Origin: the human T2T-CHM13v2.0 reference genome, Homo sapiens
NCBI RefSeq assembly: GCF_009914755.1
Contig: NC_060946.1
DNA length: 64,000 nt
Strand: one strand, 5' to 3'
A model generated the notes under the pieces. It had not been told where the DNA came from and made no database searches. It was given only the letters and a program-made list of their open reading frames with translations. Below are positions 38,041-51,302 of the stretch, one piece after another (the first letter of the stretch is position 1; each line of letters opens with the position of its first letter). The position numbers and the translations under genes were made by a program.

Positions 38041-38185
38041 TTAACCAAGAGACAGCGTAGTAGCAAACTGCTGGCCCACAGCCTGCTATGAAGTAGGAGT
38101 TCATTACCTTCTTCGCTCCAGGTCTTGACATGGTCCAAAGACTTGTCTTTTGATGCAGCCCTGTTGTATCCTCTTGAGTTGTCAT
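38035..38185 (-). CDS. C22orf24: C22orf24 / YWHAH-AS1 putative ORF, first coding part MTTQEDTT...SWLRQ(G) (exon 38035-38234)
   Basis: Acceptor cctttttttttcag| at 38235, ATG at 38185, donor CAAG|gtcagt at 38034; 50 codons plus 1 nt. Confidence 0.65.
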
Positions 38186-39021
38186 GACATTGTCTGCTGG
38201 TCTTCCAGTGGCAAAATATCCTAGACTTTCAGAGCTGAAAAAAAAAGGTACTTTGCCATTCATCATTGCAGCCTCCCATTTCACAGATAAGAAATCCAAG
38301 GCTCGGGGTGAAGGAACAGCCTTCTCCAGCTTTCCCGGACCATGCACGACAGCCCCTCCCACCCCAGCCCACCCAGTGGGAACCATGCAAAAGCTTGAGG
38401 CAGTTTTTCAGATGGTTCAAGCCAAAAGGTCTAGAAAATTCTTGCTAAGAAACACAAACTCCCAGACCATCTGCAGAACTGAAACAAAAGCCTTTTTCGC
38501 CCTCATTTTAACTGCAACTCAATAGGTGTCGGCTTTGAGCTCTCCCCCAGAGCTGAGCTCCTCTGAACAAGCTGGAGGGGGGCGGGTGCTGGGACTGGGG
38601 CTCTGAGCTCCACCAGCTCATAGAACCAGCTCACAGATTGCAGCTAACAGGACATTTTTGCACTTCTTAATGCCAAAAGCTGCCTTGGATGCTGGTTTGC
38701 TTCCAAGGCGCGCTTTGAAAGAGGGATGGAAGGGTCTAGATGATCCTGAAATCTCTGCACTCAAGATGCTCTTAGTTAAGACACGGGGTGAGATTTGGTG
38801 TCAGCAAAAGGATACTGGAGTCAAAGTAGATGGTGCAAAGTTGGGGTGAGTGGGGAAGGCTTCAGATGATTGCAAGAATCTGACTCTTCTAGGCCTCAGT
38901 TTCCTCATACATATAGTGGGGCTAACAGCCTCCTTCCGAGTGAGGATGTGGGGAGATAATATGAGAGTAAAGTGTTCATCCTCAAATCAGGCAGAGGGTA
39001 AGTGATTAAAAAACAAGAGTC

Positions 39022-39330
<309 letters not shown>

Positions 39331-39774
39331 AAGAGCCGCTGTCGATGTTATTGCTGGTGGTTTTATTATCATTGGCTGGGTCGGCAAGGTCACCTTGGCT
39401 GCAGGTGGCCTACAGTGGGAGAAAAAGTTAAAATCCTATCTGGGTGACATTATTAATAATTTGTGGACAGGCGGCTGCTCCAGCTCAAGATGGTAACCAT
39501 GCCAACATTGCAAATGCCATCTCTCCAGAACAACATCACGTCTCCTTTATAATATGTCCCTTGGTGTCCAGACTTCTCAGCAGCTCAGAGTAAGTGTCTC
39601 AGAGTATCCATGAGTGGAAAAACAAAAAACAAAAAAACAAAAAAACCAGGATGTGCCTTTTCTGGGTCATCTATTCACTGGGCTCTGGTGGAGGGTTCTG
39701 GCAATGCTTTAGAAATGCAGTCCCACGTGAGGAGCAGTCGTGACCACTAGCTCAGGGTGGGATGCAAGTGAGGA

Positions 39775-40720
<946 letters not shown>

Positions 40721-41391
40721 TGGTCCCTTTTTACAAGTGACTTGCCGGAGGGTACTCAGCTGGTGCACTGGCAGGGTAGGATTCGAACCCAAGACAAGAA
40801 CCACGTTCTTTCTCAAATCACACCACACACGTGTGTTCAGGAACCCGGGGGGGGGCGGTTTGTTCTGTTCCCCGAGTGAGACCCTGTACCAGGTGAAGAC
40901 CCAGACTTGGCTCCTCTACTGGGGACCTGCTCTGAGCCCTGAGGCAACAAAGTGTGTTTGACATTAACCATTGACCTCCCTCACCTCACTCAGGTGCTGT
41001 CTTTGACGTTGTTCAAAGGCCCTGTTTATCGATAGGACGTAGAGCCTTGGGAGTAGGTGACCTGTCGCAGGTGGTGACCCTGATTTTTATTGATGAGGCT
41101 CTTGGGCGTTAGCAACTCTCTCCCAAGGGCAAAGAAGATGTGTGCTGGTAAGAGTGTGTAGGCCACATGGTGGGAGGCTTATGTATGCTTTGTATAATCT
41201 GAGTGACCCCAACAGGGGAGTCACACTTTGAGCTCTTCTCAGCTGACACCACGGGGCAGTGTGAGGCCCTCAGACTTGGGTGTCTGATGGATCTGAGTTT
41301 GAATCCTTGCTTTGCCCATTCCCAGCTGTGTGACTTTGTTTAAACCATGGGACAGCTCTGTGTCAGTTTGCTTATCTGTAAAACGGGAAGG

Positions 41392-42075
<684 letters not shown>

Positions 42076-44472
42076 ACAAAAAAACAGGAAAGGAAATCGG
42101 ACCAGCCTTACAGGGGTATCTTGAGGGAAAAAAAAATGCCCGTTTCTGCAAAGCACCTTGCCTGGTACTAGGAACATGGTAGATGGTTCCTTAGAGTGCA
42201 TGAGGATGGGGTCACCAAGGATAGGGCAGTGTGTGAAGAGGGCTCGGGACAAAGCCCTGAGGAACCCTAGTATTTTGGGGTAGGCTAGAAGACAAGCCCA
42301 TACAGCAAATAGAAGAGCAACGGCCGGAGCAGCAGAAGGGAAGCTGGGAGAGTCGGTCAAGGAAGGGTGAGCAGTCGTGCCCAGTCCAGCCAAGAGGGCC
42401 AGGGAGGTGGGCACTATGAAACCTCCTTGGCTTTGACAACAAGGAGGGCTCTGATGGCCACGGTGGAGGAGTAGGGACAGGGTGAGAGCACACTGAGCTG
42501 ATGGGTGGGTAGGAGGTGAGGAAGAGGAGATGAGGAAGTTTGGTGAGAAGAAAAGCTTCATGGGAGAACCAGAGTGTCCTTTACACATGTCAGAAATCAA
42601 TTATTTAGAATGCTCCAGCTCTACCTAATTTTCACTGTTTTGAAATCAATCTTAGTCCAACCTCATCAGAAAAGCTGGAAGGGCTCTAAGCCCTCTAAGA
42701 GCTAGAAGGAACCGAGGAGGTCCCCCCATCCAGGGCTGGCCCTCCTCCCATCTCTCACTGGGACCCCATCCTTATGGGGGGTGGAGTGGATGATTCATTA
42801 CTATCTAGCATGCTCTTTAAATATATTCACTAGGGGAAAGATTAGCCTGGTTTGTTAACCTCGATTCCAACAGCAAAAGTGACTCTTCAAAGCATGGTGA
42901 AGCCTGGGGTAGTGGCCTCCTCCTAGACCCACATTCAAATCCTGTTTCATGGGCCCCCAGAAGTGTGATCGTTTCAGCATCATAGCAGGAAGAGGAAGGC
43001 CTGGGAGGCAGGAAACCTGGTATGGAGACCCCAGCTCTGCTCACTCGCTGTGCAAACTAGGGCCAGCCCCTCCTTTCCCTCAGACCTCAGTTTCCCGTTA
43101 TTCAGGATAAGGGGTTAGACAGGGGTGATTCTAAGGGTCCTGCCAGCTCTGACATTTCAGCATGTGGATATCTATTCTAAAGTCCTTGAAACAGTTAAGT
43201 CCAATTCTCCAGATGGAAAACAGGTCCAGAAAAGGCCTGGTCTCCAGTTCCCTCCCTTCTCCCTTCGAACATGTCTTACTCTCTAGAGCAAGATTCCAGG
43301 CCTGAAATATGGCTTCCCAATTACCTAAGGATGAAGCCTCAAATCTTCGGCCTGGCATTTAAAAGACTCCGTAATCTTGTTTTACCCAACCTCACTTCCC
43401 ATTCTTAGGCCTCTCTTCTCACCATCTCCCAGGTCACTGCCAAGCCTTTGCCAATGCTGTACCCCAGGCCTTAATCTTTTTCCTGACTCTCCTTCAAGAT
43501 CCAGCTTATCCCTGTGGGCTGAGCATGCAGTAGATGCTCAATAAAATTCTCAGCGAGCCCAAGGCCCCCTCTCCTGCACTGCCCTTGGCGTGTTGAAATC
43601 AAGTGGGGGCCTTGTTTTAATCATCATTTTCCTAGCTTGTCGGGCAGCCCAGTCCAGGGCCTGGCACAAGGGACCCTCAGCATCCAATACCAGCCAGGAT
43701 TGGGAGGGGCTCAGTGACCAGCCAGTTGGGCCACCCCAGCTCTTTGCCACAAGAGAAAGTTCAGCCTGGGTTTGGACTCAGATCCTGGCCCCACCACTTA
43801 CAGGCTGCGTAACCCTGAGCAAGTCACTAACCTCGCTTTTCCTCAGGTTCCACGTTTTAAATATGGGGAGACCAGCTGTGCCCACTGTGGGCTGGGTAGT
43901 GAGGATTAAAGAGGAGGATGCTTGTACGGGACTAGCACTGGGCTGGCTCCTAATGTGTCCTGAATATTACTTGTCCCGCCCTGGCCACCCAGTCCCCTCC
44001 TCTGGTGGAAGGCACAGCCTGCCCAAGGCTACGTCTCAGGTTGGGTTCGATTGTGTGTGTCTGTGTAGCGGGGCTGTCCCCGAGGGTCGGACTCGATCCT
44101 GCCCGGACCAGTACAAGGTGTGGCCCAGCAGAACGCATGGACAGGCAGGGCTCGGGGCGGGCGGGACGGCTGGGGCGGGGCTGGGCGGACCCGCCCCTCG
44201 GGGCACGCGGTCTCCCGGCTTCTCCGCCAGTATGTTTGCTTGCTTTTGGGGCCCTTCTCAAGCCAGATCTCTAACGTGGATGGAGTGGCGCGTTTCAGGG
44301 TGGGGCTATGACAATGCACTGCCTGTGCAGCCGCCATCACCGCGCCCCCTCCACCGGCTCCGCAGTCTCCTGCCCGGCTTTCCCTTCTCCACCTCCATCT
44401 CTGCGGCGGTAAAATGCAGCACTCGCAGAGCGCCTGCGCGGCTTTCAGGCCGGGCGGCGGCGGCGGCGGTGG

Positions 44473-44497
44473 CTATTTATAGTAGGTGACGTCACCT
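44473..44497. promoter_or_regulatory. MEF2 site CTATTTATAG (TATAAATA on the minus strand) adjacent to a full CRE within the palindrome AGGTGACGTCACCT
   Basis: Exact matches to CTA(A/T)4TAG at 44473-44482 and TGACGTCA at 44487-44494. Confidence 0.75.
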
Positions 44498-44700
44498 TGA
44501 AATAGACCGTTAGAGCCGGCCCGCCCTTCCCCCCTCCCACTCCCGCCGCTCCCCGCCGCCCGGCCTGGCCACTCTCACTGCGCAGGCGTCGTCCCGTCCT
44601 CCCATCCCCCAGCGCGGCCGCGTCTCCTCCCTCGGCGTTGTCCGCGGCGCGAGCCACAGCGCGCGGGGCGAGCCAGCGAGAGGGCGCGAGCGGCGGCGCT

Positions 44701-44714
44701 GCCTGCAGCCTGCA
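44701..44714 (+). repeat. YWHAH: (GCCTGCA)n 7-bp VNTR in the YWHAH 5' UTR, two copies here
   Basis: GCCTGCA GCCTGCA GCCTCC, ending 134 nt before the ATG. Confidence 0.75.
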
Positions 44715-44847
44715 GCCTCCGGCCGGCCGGCGAGCCAGTGCGCGTGCGCGGCGGCGGCCTCCGCAGCGACCGGGGAGCGGACTGACCGGCGGGAGGGCTA
44801 GCGAGCCAGCGGTGTGAGGCGCGAGGCGAGGCCGAGCCGCGAGCGAC

Positions 44848-44934
44848 ATGGGGGACCGGGAGCAGCTGCTGCAGCGGGCGCGGCTGGCCGAGCAGGCGGA
44901 GCGCTACGACGACATGGCCTCCGCTATGAAGGCG
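44848..44934 (+). CDS. YWHAH: 14-3-3 protein eta, coding exon 1 ([29 protein letters not shown])
   Basis: 14-3-3 N-terminal signature [11 protein letters not shown]; donor GCG|gtgagc; phase 0. Confidence 0.98.
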
Positions 44935-45879
44935 GTGAGCGCGCCGGGAGCCCGGGCGGCTGGCCGGGGGGGCCTGGCGTTGGGGAGGGACGGGGATGGC
45001 CGCGGGCGGCGTTCCCCTCCCGGCCATGGGCGACCCGGCGACCCGGCTGGGCGTGGCCGCCCGCCCGCCCTTAGCCCGCGCTTCCCGCTCCCGCTGGGCG
45101 CCCCGCCACTTCCTGAGGCTGGGCCCAGGGTGGGGGATCCGGGAGGGTGCAGTTCGGGATCGCGAAGGCAGCCCCGGAAGGGGGGCGGGCCGGTCGGGGT
45201 CGCCACATCTTAGTTCGGAGCCCGGCCGGGGGCAGAGGGTGCCCTAGGGGACGCGAAGGAGCCGCATTCCTCCTAGAGCGTTTCACCGGACCCGGGGGCT
45301 CCCCCTCTCGTCTTCCTCCGTTCCCCAACTTGGAATAAAGAATCACCTAGTAAGTGGCGCCCTGTCTCAGCTGGTTTTCTCTGCCACGACCTGAAGTCTG
45401 CAATTCCGATCTGTTTTGCTCTGCTCGTTCGAATTGTTCTGGTTCCATCTTCCCACGCCTGGGGGTCTGGCTTTGTGTGCGAAGACCCCTTTCCTGCAGT
45501 CTAGGCGTGGACGGGGGCGGGAGAGTGGGCGGAGGGTGTGGGGCCCCACTCCACAGCCCCAGGTTTGCTGCTGCGCTGTCTGCTTGGAGATTAAAATGAA
45601 ACGTGACTTCTAGGTGAGACGAATCTGTGTGTCTTTGCATTCCTGAGACCCTCATAAATCGATTCTGCAGCTTCTCCGGTGGATGAGTCGTGCCCAGCCA
45701 CACCCTAGCAAAATACCGTGGGTCACACACCACCTGCATTTCTGAGTTCCGGTTACCATCTCACTCTCTCTCCACGTTATTTTACGTTTTCTGTAAGTGA
45801 ATATTTCCTCTTCCTGCGTCAAGGTCACACAGTGGTAGAACAACTGCGACCACCAACCTATGTTCAGTGTACAACCTCC

Positions 45880-46015
45880 TGAGACCTGGGAGGATCCCCT
45901 TGAACTCCGCCTTAGACTTATACATTCAGAAATTCGGGCGGTGAGACTCAGACATCTGCATTGTAACCAGCTCTCACAGGCGATTTTTAGCTGGCTTAAG
46001 TCTGAGAATTACTGC
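45880..46015. mobile_element. MER5A-like hAT fragment
   Basis: ATCTGCATTGTAAC..AGCTC...AGGCGATT...AAGTCTGAGAATTACTG. Confidence 0.6.
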
Positions 46016-48189
46016 CCATGATTATAGTAAATGTATCCTTTGCTGGCCTTTTGGAGGGAGTTCCGAAAAAAAACTGCCAATACAGAGGCTCCCTAAAATC
46101 TTAAGTCATTTGGAAAGCTCATTTGAAGGCTTTTGATGTTAATATCAGATGAAATATGTAGTTGGGGCCAATATTTAGGATTGTTCAGGTAAGAAAGGTG
46201 CTTGAAGAGTTGCCTTTCCTCTGGTGTCCTTGTTACACACATAACTGGGTGTGTTTGGAAACCAGCAACACCGTTGCCCGTATGTTGATTTGTTGGTGAT
46301 CTTGACTTGAGCACTATTAGCATGCTGTTGTGGTGAGGCAGGTTTTCTTCCAGACCGGGGGACGGTCTAGGTCTGGAGGCTGAACTTTATGTAATTCAGG
46401 GGGTCCTTTAAAAGAAAATCTAAAATATAGTTTTGCATATTTTACAAAAATGGGACTGACGAATGCATTTCCTTGGAAGGGACCCTGAACCTTAATTTTC
46501 TGTGGGATAAAGCTGCCTCTGTCCACAGCAGGTCACACTTAAGCCCCTCCTCCCCAGTAACTGAGTGGTGCTGGGATTATGCAGGCTGAGGCCTCTCCAC
46601 ACATTTTCATGAAGTGGTTGCTCACCCTCTAAGTGAGACGTAAAGACTGCAGTGTTCGGAGCCCTTTGGGAAATAAATGTGGTGAAAAGAAAGGAGGGAC
46701 GAGGTTTAAAGGAAGGGGAAATGGAGGTTAAGGAAAAATGGCTAGAAGGTGTGTTCTGGAACAATCAGAAACCTGAGGCAACTTGAAATGGGGGAAAAAG
46801 GCAAGAATGGAGAGATGTTACCAGAACGAAATCTAGTTTGAGCAGAGAAAAAGACTGGCTTTCTAGTAGGCTTGTAAAATGCTTTCCTGCAGCAAGCTAC
46901 TTGTGTCCATAGATCTTCTCTGGAGGGTTAAGGTAGCCTTTTGTAAACCAAAGGAATCTATAATATCTATATTTGAAATAATTAATGAGTTGGAAAAGCC
47001 ACCCAGCGTAGAAGAGTCAATCCAAGCTTTAATTCTGCCATCTCAGAATGGTGATAAACCATTTCTCCCCCATCATCTAAATGGAATATATTGTGCTTAT
47101 AGATATTTTCTTTAAAAGAAAAAAAAGAATATATTGGAAGGGACTGGCAGGGGTCACTTTCCCTGCTAACTTGGTGTTTGTAGATTAAATTCTTAATGTT
47201 ACTGGGATGACTCAGTCTCTATGTTATTAATCTCATCAGCCTTAACTAAGGCTTTTGGAAAGGGTGTAAGTTTCAGTAACCCTCTGGGTTTACCTGGGCT
47301 TTCTTCAGGGCTGGGGAAGGGCAGGTAAGTAGCCTGCTGTAGGGAGGATGGAGCAGGACACATGTGTTAAGGATATATTCTGATGCCACCAGTCTGTAAC
47401 CTTGAAACTTACATCTTGGCTTTAGGTCCTCTGAAGTATAAAACTAGTGATGTTGCTGTTATTAACAAGTCAGTTTTGCCTTCAGTCTTCTAACTTGTTT
47501 TCTGTTTCCTTCATAATTAAAATGCTCACTTGATAATACTGCCTTCCTGTAATGATTGATGTTCCTCATTCTACCAGCGTCACCTGGAGGACAGTGTTGG
47601 TAAGCTTGAAGAAAAATCGTGCATACTGGAAACAATGGTCTTGCCTCAAACCTGTTGAGAACTTCTCTTCCCTGCTTCTCTCCATAATTTGAAGAAGCAA
47701 GAAATGTTTCTGAAGTGAAGCATAAAGGAGTATCTTCAAGCTCTCTCTATCTCATACCTACCAGCTTGCATAGAGTATAATAGTGGGAAGAAATATTGTG
47801 AAAGATTCTAGAACCTAAGTCCTTTCTAGGCTAGGCAATTCTAGGCTACACAATTCGTAGTCTCTGTAAATACCATTTGATAACTGAAATAAACCTATAA
47901 AGTGGGATTAAATGTTAGTCCAGAAGACTAAGTGATTTAAGGAAAGAGGGAAAATAACCAGATAGATTTCTGGTGGACATTCATAGACAGACATAATTTC
48001 ATCATGTATTATGGCCCTAAGTCATCTATTTTATATTAAAACATAGATGGTAACTGTAAAGTTATCAAATGTAAAAATTACTGGGCTAGCATTGTGTTTT
48101 AACACTGATACACCAGTTGATTACAGTGTTGACAGAAAACGGGCAGAAACACGTTTAAAGTACCTGCAGAATATATATATAGAAATCTT

Positions 48190-48282
48190 TTTTTTTTAAT
48201 CAGTGTTGACCAGGTTGGCCTCGAACGTGTAGCCTCACCTCCCCGAGTGCCAGGGCAACCGGCCTGAGCCACAGCGGCTCCC
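48190..48282 (-). mobile_element. snaR-related Alu-monomer-derived mini-SINE (ASR-like) with TSD TAGAAATCTT
   Basis: Minus strand reads GGGAGCCGCTGTGGCTCAGGCCGGTTGCCCTGGCACTCGGGGAGGTGAGGCTACACGTTCGAGGCCAACCTGGTCAACACTGATT-polyA; TSD at 48180-48189 and 48283-48292. Confidence 0.8.
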
Positions 48283-48506
48283 TAGAAATCTTAAGTGCAG
48301 GAAACAAAACTACAGTTTAAGGAAACAGGAGTCGGAGAGGAGGGGCATTTGGCCCAACCACTGGCAAAAGGCTGTTGTTGCAACAACTGTGAGATTCTGG
48401 GAAGTGGGGAAATGAGCAGGTGCTGTGTAAAAGTGCACAGCTGACTGCCCCAGGTGAGACAGATCAGTGTCACAGAGAGTAGGAGGATTTTGAGGTGTGA
48501 TTAGTA

Positions 48507-49902
<1,396 letters not shown>

Positions 49903-50190
49903 TAGAGCTCTCATTTTAACCACTATGTAACAATGCCCCATGAGGCAAAGGGATAATATGTCTAGTATACATTCTGGTATATTAACCATTGTCAGCACTG
50001 GTGACTGAAATCCAAGAACTCTTCATAAGTGGGCTTACTAAACAAATAATTTTATCTGTTGGGTGCAAGTCATTTTTTTTTTTCCAAATACGATTAAGAA
50101 CAATCTGCCATTTATGGGTTTTAGCTACAACAGAGAAACATAAGAGGGAAACTCACATATCTGGATTTTGCTTGTTCTGAAGGCTTGGAG

Positions 50191-50226
<36 letters not shown>

Positions 50227-51009
50227 TAACAAAGTATTGAATTTGAGTTTCTCCTGAGTTAAGAAGTGCAGGACTATGTTACATTTTATTTGGGGTATTT
50301 TAAGAAATTATTTCATATTCTTGGCACCAGTTGTTTCTCCATATTGCCTTTAATGTATTTTTCTCCCTGCACCCTTTAGTATATTTTTATGCAGGCCCCA
50401 AAATTTCTGTCTCTAGGTTGCTGGTAAAATTCCTCCTAGTGTCCAAGTGGAGGCAGCTTGTCTTCTGTCCCAGCATTTTGGTGCTCCTCCCGCCCCTACT
50501 CCTGGCTGCAGTGGCATTCCCTTCTGCGGTGGTGAGTGTTAGCACTTCCAATGATCCGAACCTGGCACAGCTTCTGAAGCCTTCAATTCAGATGCCTCTA
50601 GGGACAGTAGCATGCAGTAATGCCATTCAGATGGTGTTGTATTTAATCCTTGCCAATCCCCATGAAAATGTTCAGTTATGTCAAAAGCAAGGCAAAAACA
50701 GTCTCTTGGCTATACAAGGGTAGCTGTTTTATTTGACTAAAATTTAGCTTAGAGTGGATGTTACTTACCCGAACTTGCCTGCTCTGAGCTTGAAGTTTAG
50801 CCTATTTGTGGTCTTACAGAATTGCAGCCTCATCCTGGTGAGGATAAGGGGCTCAGCCTGACCCTGGCTGGTGATGTTCTTGCACAGTGGCCTGTAGGAC
50901 TTGGTCTGTTGGTGGATATCTTTCCAGCTTGGGGCAGGCCAGGCAAGATCCTCACTTCCTAAGCATTAACTTGGGAAAGAGCTCAGCAAGCTTTCATCCC
51001 TCTAGCTCA

Positions 51010-51302
51010 TTTTTTGTTTTTTTGAGACAGAGTCTTGCTCTGTCGCCCAAGCTGGAGTGCAGTGGCACAGTCCTGGCTCACTGCAACTTCCACCTCCTGG
51101 GTTCGAGCGATTGTCATGTCCCACCCAAGTAGCTGGGATTACAGGTGCACGCCACCATGCCCAGCTAATTTTTGTATTTTTAGTAGAGATGGGGTTTCTC
51201 TATATTGACTGGGTTGGTGTCGTACTCCCTGGCCTCAAGTGATCCGCCTGCCTTGGCCTCCCAAAGTGCTGGGATTACAGGTGTGAGCCATCACACCTGG
51301 CC
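51010..51302 (-). mobile_element. Alu
   Basis: Alu consensus. Confidence 0.9.

Larger units (their letters stand above)
43960..45560. promoter_or_regulatory. YWHAH: CpG island / YWHAH promoter
   Basis: Very high GC and CpG density, GC boxes at 44153-44190, NRF1-like GCGCCTGCGC at 44430-44439, (GGC)n at ~44452-44469. Confidence 0.92.

Noticed and set aside
43590-44489. 299-aa ORF upstream of YWHAH
   Set aside because: Non-ATG start, runs through a MIR and the CpG island where stops are depleted, and shows no homology I recognise
44445-45346. Ala/Gly/Arg/Pro-rich ORFs on both strands, and an N-terminal extension of YWHAH
   Set aside because: CpG-island artefacts; the in-frame TGA at 44815-44817 blocks an extension; ORF 44848..45213 is exon 1 read through into the intron
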